From: an uncultured bacterium | GTDB lineage: Bacteria; Krumholzibacteriota; Krumholzibacteriia; Krumholzibacteriales; Krumholzibacteriaceae | NCBI GenBank assembly: GCA_963813815.1 | Contig: CAWFAD010000012.1 | Coordinates: 96,001-160,000, forward strand | Direction: 5' to 3' | Length of the DNA stretch: 64,000 bases | Part shown: positions 8,798 to 17,690 of the stretch, in pieces | Layout of the letters: every line of letters starts with the position of its first letter | Position numbering within the stretch: the first letter of the stretch is position 1 | Notes under the pieces: generated by a model | The model's input: only the letters and a program-made list of their open reading frames with translations | Told to the model about the DNA's origin: nothing | Databases searched by the model: none | Translations under genes and position numbers: made by a program

Positions 8798-10941
8798 GCG
8801 CCATCCCCTTCCCCATCGGAGCCGGCGAACACCCCGAGCGGCACCTCCGCCGTGAACGGCCTGTTCGTCGGCAGCGTGATCTCGCCCGCCGGAATCCCGG
8901 CCTCGCGGTAGAGCCTCAGTATGAGATCGGTGCACGTCTTTCCGCCGCACGCTCCCATGCCGGTGCGGATCGTGGCCTTGAGGATGTTCATGTCCCGCAC
9001 GCCGTCGCGAATCTCTTTTCGCACCTCGCCCGCCGTGATGCGCTCGCAGCGGCAGATGATCGTGTCGTCCGTCAGGGGCTCTCCGGCGGCCGGCGCCTTC
9101 GCGCCCTTCTCCGGCTCGAGCACGGTGAATCCCGCGACCGCGAAGGCGTCTCCCCGCGGCACCTCGATCGAAACGATCTTCCGCTTGGCGTCGATGTTGG
9201 AGGTGCGGAACGCGACGACGCGTCCCCGGCCGACCGCTCCACCTTCCATGTCGACCGTCTTGACTTCCTTCCCCTCCGCGAGATCCGTCGTTTCCAGCTC
9301 GTAGGGCAGCATGAGGAGCGACGTCTTCCGGGCGGGGTCGTACTCCGGCATGACGAGACTGATCGCGAGCCCCGGACAAACCGCGACGCAGTTCGTGCAG
9401 CCGATGCAATCCCCGCCGAACACGGGATTGCACATGATCGAGTCGCCGCTCAGGATGATGCTGTTTCGGGGGCAGCTGTCGGCGCACGGATTGCAGGGGA
9501 TCTCCTGAACGCAACGGATGATGGGGTAGACCCGCTTTTCGAATCTCGCGGGTTCGTCCGGGATCGTCCGTCCGGGCTTGCTGCGGAGCACCTTCGCCGT
9601 CGACTCCCACTCGTCCGGAACGTCGATGTCGCGGGCGAGCGACCTCGCTATCCGGCGCCCCGTGATTTTTCCGCTGAATATGGCGGCGGACGCCTCGGCG
9701 ATCTCCTCCGCGTCGCCGGCCTTGTAGCACTCGATTCCGTACCCGGCGAGCTTCTCGTAGAGCTCGTTCACCGGCGAGAGGCCGACGGCGATGAGGAGCG
9801 TGTCGACGTCGTACGACCGTTCCGTTCCGGCGATCGGCTTCCAGTCCCGGTCGAGGCCAGCGATCGTGATCCGCTCGAGCGCTTCCTTGCCTTCCGCCCG
9901 GAGCACCGTGTGGGAGGTGTGAACCGGCACGCCGAGACGGCGGAGCTTGTCGAGGTGCACCTTGTATCCCCCGCATTGCGGAAGGGCCTCGACGAGCCCC
10001 ACGACGGTGATCCCCGCCTGGATCGCGTGGTAGCCGGTGATGAGACCGACGTTCCCGCCGCCGACGACGAAAAGGCGCCTCGTCGGAAGAACGAGATCGC
10101 GGTTCAGGATCGTCTGGAAGGCGCCCGCGCCGTAGACTCCCGGGAGATCGCAGCCGGGAAAGGCGAGGCTCTTTTCGCGCGCCCCGCACGCCACGAGAAC
10201 GACGCGCGGTCTCGCGAGATAATACCGGCGGCCCTGTTGGAGACCGATCTGCTTGTCCCAGAAGGCGCCGACGGCGGTCGTGTCGAGCATCACCGATACG
10301 CTCGGGTACCGATCGAGCCTTCCGGTCAGGATATGCGCGATCTCGATGCCCCGCGTGCCCGCGTAGCAATCGTCGCGCGAGCCGAAAAAGGTGTGCGTCT
10401 GCAGGGTGAGCTTTCCGCCGAGCTCGTTCTTGTCGTCCACGACGAGCGTTTTGATCCCGAGCTCCCCAAGCTCGGCCGCCGCGTTGATGCCCGCGGGGCC
10501 GCCTCCGATGACGAGAACCTCGGTCTCGATCGTTTCGATCTCCCTGAACGCGGGGAGCGCATCGGCCGCGGGGAGAGCGGGCGAGCCGTCGCAGCTTTCG
10601 ACGCGCATCCCCTCGCTCACGACTTGCATGCATCCCTTCACGGGGACGCCCCCGACGAGGACCATGCACTGGCTGCACTGGCCGTTCGCGCAGAAGATGC
10701 CCTGCGGCCCTCCGTCGCGTTCGTGGTGGCCGAAGACCTGAATGCCGTTCGCGAAGAGCGCCGTCGTGACGACCTCTCCCTCGTACGCCTTCATCGGCGC
10801 GCCGTTCCAGGTGAAGGACACGCTCGCCCGTTCGCGTATCGGCAGGATCGGGTGGCTCCTGACGCGGAATTCCCCCATCGCGCGAAGCGTCGCGCTCGAA
10901 ACCGGCGTGGAGCGGGAGGTTTTCTTCATCTCGATCGACAC
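8794..10941 (-). CDS. Fused [2Fe-2S]-FAD/NAD(P)-2[4Fe-4S]-BFD oxidoreductase (sarcosine oxidase / proline dehydrogenase alpha-like)
   Basis: GIFCANGQCSQC, VIGGGPAG, GVYGAGAFQ, CNPCADSCP/CIGCTNCVAVCP, ICRCERIT...GMGACGGKTC. Exact start uncertain. Confidence 0.88.
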   Translation of the reverse strand: MSIEMKKTSRSTPVSSATLRAMGEFRVRSHPILPIRERASVSFTWNGAPMKAYEGEVVTTALFANGIQVFGHHERDGGPQGIFCANGQCSQCMVLVGGVPVKGCMQVVSEGMRVESCDGSPALPAADALPAFREIETIETEVLVIGGGPAGINAAAELGELGIKTLVVDDKNELGGKLTLQTHTFFGSRDDCYAGTRGIEIAHILTGRLDRYPSVSVMLDTTAVGAFWDKQIGLQQGRRYYLARPRVVLVACGAREKSLAFPGCDLPGVYGAGAFQTILNRDLVLPTRRLFVVGGGNVGLITGYHAIQAGITVVGLVEALPQCGGYKVHLDKLRRLGVPVHTSHTVLRAEGKEALERITIAGLDRDWKPIAGTERSYDVDTLLIAVGLSPVNELYEKLAGYGIECYKAGDAEEIAEASAAIFSGKITGRRIARSLARDIDVPDEWESTAKVLRSKPGRTIPDEPARFEKRVYPIIRCVQEIPCNPCADSCPRNSIILSGDSIMCNPVFGGDCIGCTNCVAVCPGLAISLVMPEYDPARKTSLLMLPYELETTDLAEGKEVKTVDMEGGAVGRGRVVAFRTSNIDAKRKIVSIEVPRGDAFAVAGFTVLEPEKGAKAPAAGEPLTDDTIICRCERITAGEVRKEIRDGVRDMNILKATIRTGMGACGGKTCTDLILRLYREAGIPAGEITLPTNRPFTAEVPLGVFAGSDGEGDGA

Positions 10942-12078
10942 CTATTTCGCGAGCCTCGCCGCGGCGAGGGTCAGGAGATCCTTCACGTCGACGGGCGCCT
11001 TGCGCCACGACGTGCCGCCGAGCACTTCGGCGTAGAGGAGCGTGCATTTCGGACAGGCGGTGACGAGCGTGCCGGCGCCGGCGCGGTGCGCCTCGACGAG
11101 GCGCTCGTCGACGGCCGTCCTCGTGTGCGGCCCGTGATCGACGAGCGATCCGGCCCCGCAGCACGGGGCCTTCGCGCCCCGCCGCTCGAGCTCGACGAGC
11201 CCCGCCGAAGAAAGGGAGCTCAGCAGCTTTCTCGGAGCGTCCTCGACCCCGAGGGATCGGCACAGATAGCAGGGATCGTGAAACGCGAATTTCTCCTCGC
11301 CGGCGCGAAAGACGAGCCCGCCGAGACGCTCGGCGATGTACTCGGTGACGTGCCGGATCTCGATCGGCGCTCCGCCGAGCTCTCCGGCGTAATTGAATTT
11401 CAGCGTGAAGGCGCATTCGGGACACACGGTGAGAACGGTCTTCGCCTTCGCCTTCTTCAGCAGGGCCGCGTTGTGGCGCGCGAGAGCGGCGAACGCCTCG
11501 CGATCGCCCGTGTCGTACAGATCCCTGCCGCAGCAGCGCTCGTCCTCGAGAATCGCCGGGGCGACGCCGAGGCCGTTGAGGAGTCTCACCGCGGCCCTCG
11601 CCATGCCGCCGAAGGCTCCCGGCTCGACACCAATGCCGAGGGAATCGAAGAGCGCGAGGCATCCGGCGAACAGCACGACGGCGCTCTCCGGATCGAGCTC
11701 GAGCGACTTGTCGACCCACGAGTGGCGGGCCTTCGCCGCTCCCTGCCGGACCCCGGTCTCGAGCCTTTTCTGATACTGGCGGACGAGGCCACCGTGAATC
11801 GGCCGGCAATCGGATCTGCCGACGCGGAGCTCCCGGACGAAATCGGCGAATTCGACCTTGAAGGGACACGCCTCGGTGCACGCCCGGCACGTGACGCACG
11901 TCCAAATCAGCCGGTGCTCGCGAGCGGCCGCCTCCCCGCCCCGGAGAAAGAGTTGAGCGAGATCGCGGGGATGGTGCTTGCCGTAGTGCCGGTAAACGGG
12001 ACAGACCTCTGCGCACTCGTTCGCGCAGCGCGTGCAATCCTCGATGCGGAAGCTTTCCTTGATTTCCTGTTCGTTCAT
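10942..12078 (-). CDS. HdrD-like (Fe-S)-binding protein with two CCG domains
   Basis: CTRCANECAEVCP, CVTCRACTEACP, ERCCG, FHDPC, CCGAG, TACPKC; ATG 12078 overlaps the upstream stop. Confidence 0.85.
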   Translation of the reverse strand: MNEQEIKESFRIEDCTRCANECAEVCPVYRHYGKHHPRDLAQLFLRGGEAAAREHRLIWTCVTCRACTEACPFKVEFADFVRELRVGRSDCRPIHGGLVRQYQKRLETGVRQGAAKARHSWVDKSLELDPESAVVLFAGCLALFDSLGIGVEPGAFGGMARAAVRLLNGLGVAPAILEDERCCGRDLYDTGDREAFAALARHNAALLKKAKAKTVLTVCPECAFTLKFNYAGELGGAPIEIRHVTEYIAERLGGLVFRAGEEKFAFHDPCYLCRSLGVEDAPRKLLSSLSSAGLVELERRGAKAPCCGAGSLVDHGPHTRTAVDERLVEAHRAGAGTLVTACPKCTLLYAEVLGGTSWRKAPVDVKDLLTLAAARLAK

Positions 12079-14336
12079 TTCGATTTCCATGCCCACCGGT
12101 CGACGGCGAGCGCGAACTCGCCGGGACTCGTCGAAATTTCCGTCACGACGTTCGGGTTGCAGCCGAACACGCGGAGCAGATCCCGCGCCCGCTCCGCGAC
12201 GAGACGCGAGCGCGAGCGCCCGAATCCGTAATGGCAGACCTCCTCACGGCAGCCGCAGACGAGAATCCTCTGGCTGCCGCGAAGCGCCGCCTCGACGATG
12301 AGGGACGGCGCGATGCGTCCCGTGCACATCGTCTCGATCACGAGCACGCCGCCCGGCAGCTCGAGCCGCGCGGGGCGCGCCCAGCGGCAGACGAAGAGGA
12401 CCTTCGTTCTCGTCGAAACCGAGGCGAGCGCTCGCATGATCGCCCCGTGCTCGAAATTGTCTTGATCGGCGGCGCCCGTCGGGCACGCGCCGGCGCAGAT
12501 TCCGCAACCCTTGCAGGCGAGCTCGTCGACGCGGGCGACGAGACGGTTCCCCGGACGCGATTCGACCTGGATCGCCCGGTACCCGCACACCTCGGCGCAG
12601 CGTCCGCAGCCGATGCAGAGCCCCTCGTCGACCCGCGCGATCGTGCGGACGACGGCGGCCTCCGTCTCTTCCTCCCCCGCCCGCACGCGGACCGTCCGCG
12701 GCAGGGCAGACCAGAACTCGCGCCCCGCATGCGCGCCGAGGGTGAAATCCCCTCCGAACTTCAGGAGCAGGTCCTTCTTCTCGCAGATATCCACGCAAAC
12801 CGAGCACTCCGCGCAGGGGCCGCAGCGGAGGCACCGCCTCGCCTCGCGGCGCGCCTCCCGATCGGAGAGCCCCTTCTCGACCTCCCGGAAATCGTTCCGC
12901 CTCGCCCGCGCCCCCTCGACCGGCATGGTCGCGCGTCGCGGGTGATCTTCCGGAACGATCTCGAGCGTGTACTCCTCGTGCGCTATCGAATCGTCGATCG
13001 TGAGATCGAGCGGAGAGGAAAGAGTCTCGCCGCTCAGATGGTGATGGATGCCGAGGGCCGCCCGCTGCCCCGACGCGATCGCCTCCACGACGGTTCTCGG
13101 ACCGGTGACGAGGTCGCCCGCGGCGAACACGCCACCCGCGGCGGCGGCGGATGTCGCCGGATCGATCGCAAGCGTTCCGGCGGGGGTCGTTTCGAGACCG
13201 AGAGAGGCGGCGAACCCCCTGACGTCGATCCCCCGCGTATGCGCGTCGACGAAGACGTCCGCCTCGACGGCGAACTCGCCGTCGGGACGCTCGCTCAGCT
13301 CGCGCCGGCCCGTTGCGTCCTTCGATCCCTCGACGAGCGGCGAACAGACGACCGCCTCGAGCGTCCGGCCTCTCCTCGCGAGGCGCAGCGGCCGGACGAG
13401 AAACTTGAAAACGAGGCCTTCCCCTTCGGCGAGCTCGATATCGCCGCGGTGAAGCGCGGCGAGCTCGCGGCTCGAGCCCACGAGATAGGTGACGCGCCGC
13501 GCTCCGAGCCGGAGCGCCGTACGGGCGCAGTCGAGCGCCATCATGCCCTCGCCGGCGACGACGACGCTCTTTCCCTCGACGATCGCCCGCGCCTTCGCGC
13601 GCTCGCCCTCCGCCGGAGCGGCCGCCGCCTCGAGGAGCTCGATCGCGTGCAGCGCCCCTCCTCTCCCCGCCGGTCCCCATTTCCAAGAGGGTTTCCACGC
13701 GCCGTTCGCGAGGAGCAGCACCCGGTATCCCCGCCGCTTGAGCCGGCTCCACGTGACGTCCCGGCCGAACTGCACGCCCGTTTCGAGCTCGATCCCCATC
13801 TCGAGAATCATGCTCGATTCCCTCCGGACGACCTCCGCGGGAAGTCTGAATCCCGGTATGAGATTCATCATGCCGCCCGGAATCTCCCTCGCTTCGAAGA
13901 TCGTGACGGCGTACCCGAGGCTCGCGAGCGCCGCCGCCGCGGAAAGCCCGGCCGGACCGGCGCCGATGACGGCGACTTTCTCCGGGCGGCTCCTCGCGGC
14001 CCTCGCGGACGGACGGATTCCGCGCTTCATCTCGAGATCGGACACGAAGCGTTTCAGCGCGCACACGGCCACCGCCTCGTCGTGCCTGCCCCGCGTGCAC
14101 GCCGCCTCGCACGGCCGCGGGCAGACGCGCCCGCAGACCCCGGGGAACGGATTCCGCTCGCGGATGAGCTCGAGAGCTTCGGCGTAGCGCCCGTCGGCGA
14201 TGAGCGACACGTAGCCGCGCGCGTTGATGCGCGTCGGGCACGCCAGCGTGCAGGGGGAGGTCTCGAGGGGAACGAGCTCCCACGTTCTCTCGCCCTGCGG
14301 CATGCGAACCCGTATCGTTTCCGCCGCGCGTTTCAT
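12075..14336 (-). CDS. GltD/NfnB-like FAD/NAD(P) oxidoreductase fused to a ferredoxin and an MvhD/FlpD-like domain
   Basis: ATG 14336 (ATGA overlap); PCTLACP...CGRVCPRPCEAAC, VIGAGPAG, EARRCLRCGPCAEC, CIGCGRC/CKGCGIC, CRW...MCTGRI...GCREEVCHY. Confidence 0.85.
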   Translation of the reverse strand: MKRAAETIRVRMPQGERTWELVPLETSPCTLACPTRINARGYVSLIADGRYAEALELIRERNPFPGVCGRVCPRPCEAACTRGRHDEAVAVCALKRFVSDLEMKRGIRPSARAARSRPEKVAVIGAGPAGLSAAAALASLGYAVTIFEAREIPGGMMNLIPGFRLPAEVVRRESSMILEMGIELETGVQFGRDVTWSRLKRRGYRVLLLANGAWKPSWKWGPAGRGGALHAIELLEAAAAPAEGERAKARAIVEGKSVVVAGEGMMALDCARTALRLGARRVTYLVGSSRELAALHRGDIELAEGEGLVFKFLVRPLRLARRGRTLEAVVCSPLVEGSKDATGRRELSERPDGEFAVEADVFVDAHTRGIDVRGFAASLGLETTPAGTLAIDPATSAAAAGGVFAAGDLVTGPRTVVEAIASGQRAALGIHHHLSGETLSSPLDLTIDDSIAHEEYTLEIVPEDHPRRATMPVEGARARRNDFREVEKGLSDREARREARRCLRCGPCAECSVCVDICEKKDLLLKFGGDFTLGAHAGREFWSALPRTVRVRAGEEETEAAVVRTIARVDEGLCIGCGRCAEVCGYRAIQVESRPGNRLVARVDELACKGCGICAGACPTGAADQDNFEHGAIMRALASVSTRTKVLFVCRWARPARLELPGGVLVIETMCTGRIAPSLIVEAALRGSQRILVCGCREEVCHYGFGRSRSRLVAERARDLLRVFGCNPNVVTEISTSPGEFALAVDRWAWKSK

Positions 14337-15158
14337 GCCGTGCGCGCCCCCTTCTTCCGCCCTCCGCGCCCCGTAGTCCGGCCCGCGGGCTTTCCCGCCG
14401 CCGGCTTGCGCGGCGATCGCCCGCCCCGCCGCGCGAGGGCGACCGCCACGAGGGGATGCGTCCCCGCCTCGCCGCGCTGCTTCTGGTCGATCTCGCAGCG
14501 CGCGCATTCGTAGTTCAGCGAGCAGACCGCGTCCGGCAAAAAGCCCATGAGGGTATAGCGGCAGAGGTGCTCCCCCCCCCTGCTTGCGGAGCTCGAGGAC
14601 GCGCGTGTATTCCATCTGAACGGCCCCCGTGGGGCATACGAAGGTGCACGCCCCGCAGGCGATGCACTTCGAATGATCGATGCCGTAGGGGGAGTCGACT
14701 TTCCTGTCGATCCCCCGTTCGGCGAAGCCTATCGCGTTCGCCCCGACGATCTCGGCGCACGTGCGGACGCACAGCCCGCAGAGGATGCAGTTGTCGTCGA
14801 GGGGGACAAAACGCGATTTGACGACGCCGTATCGCGCGGCGAGCTTCTTCACGTACGGAGCGTTCGGCGAGCGCGCGAGCAGCAGCTCGAGCAGAAACTT
14901 TCTCAGAGCGCGTATCCTCTCCGTCTCCGAACGCACCTCGAGCCCGTCGGCGACCGGATAGAGGCACGAGGTCACGATCCGCCAGCGTTTCTTGCCCCTC
15001 TCTCTGACCTCCACGACGCAGAGCCGGCAGGCTCCATAGGGTTCGAGAGCGTCGTGAGCGCAGACGGCGGGAATGTCGACGCCCGCGGCGCGCGCCGCGT
15101 CGAGCACGCTCTCCCCTTCCCGCGCCGGCCTCGCCCTGCCGTTCAGGATAAACCTCAT
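14333..15158 (-). CDS. NuoG/HydA N-terminal-like Fe-S subunit without a catalytic domain; frameshift at a G9 tract
   Basis: IPAVC...GACRLCVVE...TSC ([2Fe-2S]); CILCGLCVRTC and CIACGACTFVCP. After 14572-14580 it continues in another frame as EHLCRYTLMG...C...YECARCEIDQ to the stop at 14333. Confidence 0.8.
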
Positions 15159-15694
15159 GTATAGCTCTCCAGCGCCTTGTCGACCGTGAGGTGGTCGAGC
15201 TTGCCGTGTATGTTTCCGTCGATCGTCATGACCGGAGCCTGACCGCAGCATCCGAGACACCGGACCGTCTCGAACGAAAAACGTCCGTCGGCGGTCGTCC
15301 CGCCCTCCGCGATTCCGAGCGTCCGCTCGATCGCATCCTTTACCCGCTCCCCGCCCCGCACGTGGCAGGCCGTCCCCATGCAGAGGCATACCTCGTGGCG
15401 GCCGCGGGGCTCGAGCCGGAAGGCCTTGTAGAAGGTCGCGATCGCGTAGAGGCGCGTCATCGGCACGTCGAGCTCCCGCGCGATGTACCGCAGATCCGCC
15501 TCGCCGAGGTAGCGGCGCTTCTCCTGAAGATCCTGGAGAATGGCGATGATCTGGACGCTCGCGCGTCCGTGCCGCTCGAGGACCTCCTCGATGGCCGATG
15601 CCTCTGGCGCCGCCGGAGACGGCACGGCCGTCGAGGGGCCGCGCCGCGCGGCGAGCGCGCGTTCGATGGCTCGTATGCTCTCGCTTCCGCTCAT
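15155..15694 (-). CDS. NuoE/HydC-like [2Fe-2S] subunit
   Basis: ATFYKAF, CMGTACHVRG, CLGCCGQAPV. Confidence 0.88.
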   Translation of the reverse strand: MSGSESIRAIERALAARRGPSTAVPSPAAPEASAIEEVLERHGRASVQIIAILQDLQEKRRYLGEADLRYIARELDVPMTRLYAIATFYKAFRLEPRGRHEVCLCMGTACHVRGGERVKDAIERTLGIAEGGTTADGRFSFETVRCLGCCGQAPVMTIDGNIHGKLDHLTVDKALESYT

Positions 15695-15741
15695 GGCTTG
15701 TGTCCCGGGCGGCCCCGGAGGGGGGCCTCCTTCGCGCGGCG

Positions 15742-17619
15742 TCACCTCTCTATCGCGTCGAATTTGCAGACGTCCCAGCAGGCGCCGCACTTGATGCAAC
15801 GCGCCTCGTCGATCACGTGGACCTCTTTCGGCTTTCCGCTGATACAGCCCGACGGGCACGGCTTGAAGCAGGCGTGGCACCCCGTGCACCGCCCGGTCTC
15901 GATCCGGTACCGCAGGAGCGGCTTGCACACTCCGGCGGGGCACCGTTTGTCGCGGATGTGAGCCTCGATCTCGTCCCTGAAATAGCGGATCACGGTCAGC
16001 ACCGGATTCGGGGCGGAGCCGCCGAGCGCGCAGAGCGAGGTCGCGGCCACGTTCCCCGCGATCTCCTCGAGGAGCGCCACGTCACCCCGCTTCCCCTTCC
16101 CCCCGGCTATCCGGTTCAATATCTCGAGAAGCGCGCGGAGCCCCTCGCGGCACGGAAGGCACTTCCCGCACGATTCATCCTTCAGAAAGTCTATGAAATA
16201 CCGGGCGACGTCCACCATGCAGGTGTTCTCGTCCATGACGATCATGCCGCCGGATCCCATCATCGATCCCGCCTCCGCGAGGCGGTCGAAATCGACCGGC
16301 AGGTCGAGCATCGACTCGGGGAGCACCCCTCCCGACGGCCCGCCCGTCTGCACCGCCTTGAACTTCTTTCCGTTCGGCACGCCCCCGCCGATGTCGAAGA
16401 TAATTTCGCGGAGCGTCGTTCCCATCGGCACCTCGACGAGACCGGTGTTCACGACCTTGCCCACGAGCGAGAATATCTTGGTCCCCTTGCTCCCGCCCCA
16501 GGGGCTCTCGCTCACGTCGCCGACCCCTATCGAGGTGTACCAGTCGACGCCCCCGAGAACGATCTTCGGCACGTTGGCCCACGTCTCGACGTTGTTGAGC
16601 ACGGTCGGCATCTCAAAGAGCCCCTTCTCGACCGTGTGAACGTACTTCGCGCGCGGCTCCCCGGGTTTCCCCTCGAGGGACGCCATGAGCGCGGTCGATT
16701 CGCCGCAGACGAACGCCCCACCCCCGCGCGATATGCCGATATCGAAGGAGAAATCGCTCCCGAGGATGCGCCGGCCGAGGAGACCGCATTCGCGTGCCTG
16801 CGCGAGCGCGATCGTGAGCGACTCGAGGGCCAGCGGATATTCATGGCGAACGTAGATGTATCCCTCGCTCGCCCCGACGGCGTACGCGCCGATGATCATC
16901 CCCTCGATGACGCTGTGCGGATTTCCCTCGCAGACGCTGCGGTCCATGAACGCGCCCGGATCGCCCTCGTCGGCGTTGCAGATGACGTATTTCCGCTCGC
17001 CCCGCGCCCGCCGCGCGGTGCTCCACTTGACGCCGGCCGGAAACCCCCCACCTCCCCGCCCGCGGAGCCCCGAGCGCGTTATCGTCTCGATGACCTTCCG
17101 CGGGTTCGCTCCCTCGAGCGCGCGCCGGAGCGCCTGATACCCGTCGAGCGCGATGTAGTCCCGAATGTCCGTCGGATCGATCCTCGAGTTGTCGCCGAGC
17201 ACGAGGCGAAGCTGCTTGCGGTAGTAAGGCACCTCGTCCTCGATCTCGACGCGCCGTTTGCTTCGCGGGTCGAGATAGAGGAGGCGCTCGACGACCTCGC
17301 CGCGCGCGAGCGTCTTCTCGACGATCTCGGGCACGTCGGAGGGCCGCACCTGCGTATAGAGGATCCGCCGGGGATGAATGACGACGAGGGCGCCCTTCTC
17401 GCAGAAGCCGTGGCAACCGGTGGCCTTGACCTCGACGTGGCGCAGCCGCGCTTTGGCGACCTCGCGTCTCATGGCTTCGTGGACGTGGACCGAGTCGCAG
17501 GCGCGGCAGCCCGTGTCCGTGCAGATGCCGACGGTGACGGCCCCCGCTGGGCGCTGCTCGATGATCTGCTTCTTGAACCTATCGAGGCTGCCGTATGAAC
17601 GAAGCTTCGAGAGTTTCAG
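15742..17619 (-). CDS. NuoF/HydB-like NADH-binding FMN subunit with N-terminal thioredoxin-like [2Fe-2S] and C-terminal 2[4Fe-4S]
   Basis: GCHGFCEKG, GLRGRGGGGFP, CNADEGDPGAFMDRS, ESCGKCLPCREG, SLCALG, CTGCHAC/CIKCGAC. Probable CTG start at 17619 behind GGAGGT. Confidence 0.9.
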   Translation of the reverse strand: MKLSKLRSYGSLDRFKKQIIEQRPAGAVTVGICTDTGCRACDSVHVHEAMRREVAKARLRHVEVKATGCHGFCEKGALVVIHPRRILYTQVRPSDVPEIVEKTLARGEVVERLLYLDPRSKRRVEIEDEVPYYRKQLRLVLGDNSRIDPTDIRDYIALDGYQALRRALEGANPRKVIETITRSGLRGRGGGGFPAGVKWSTARRARGERKYVICNADEGDPGAFMDRSVCEGNPHSVIEGMIIGAYAVGASEGYIYVRHEYPLALESLTIALAQARECGLLGRRILGSDFSFDIGISRGGGAFVCGESTALMASLEGKPGEPRAKYVHTVEKGLFEMPTVLNNVETWANVPKIVLGGVDWYTSIGVGDVSESPWGGSKGTKIFSLVGKVVNTGLVEVPMGTTLREIIFDIGGGVPNGKKFKAVQTGGPSGGVLPESMLDLPVDFDRLAEAGSMMGSGGMIVMDENTCMVDVARYFIDFLKDESCGKCLPCREGLRALLEILNRIAGGKGKRGDVALLEEIAGNVAATSLCALGGSAPNPVLTVIRYFRDEIEAHIRDKRCPAGVCKPLLRYRIETGRCTGCHACFKPCPSGCISGKPKEVHVIDEARCIKCGACWDVCKFDAIER

Positions 17620-17690
17620 AGACGACCTCCGGCCGATATGAGCAATAAAGATAAACTGAATAAATAAGAAATCCCTGACGGTGTCAAGGG

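Noticed and set aside
8612..12037. 1141-aa Arg-rich minus-strand ORF
   Set aside because: It is an off-frame overlap of two motif-bearing genes. Only its last codons (MKGASYDAIVIGAG) belong to the real beta-subunit start.
12075..15389. 1104-aa ORF as one native protein
   Set aside because: It is created by the G9 tract. The linker is low-complexity off-frame sequence, and ATGA-coupled starts at 15158 and 14336 indicate two genes.
10942..17619. Selenocysteine recoding in the Hdr/MvhD-like proteins
   Set aside because: The Cys motifs are complete, and the TGA codons seen are terminal stops overlapping the next start.
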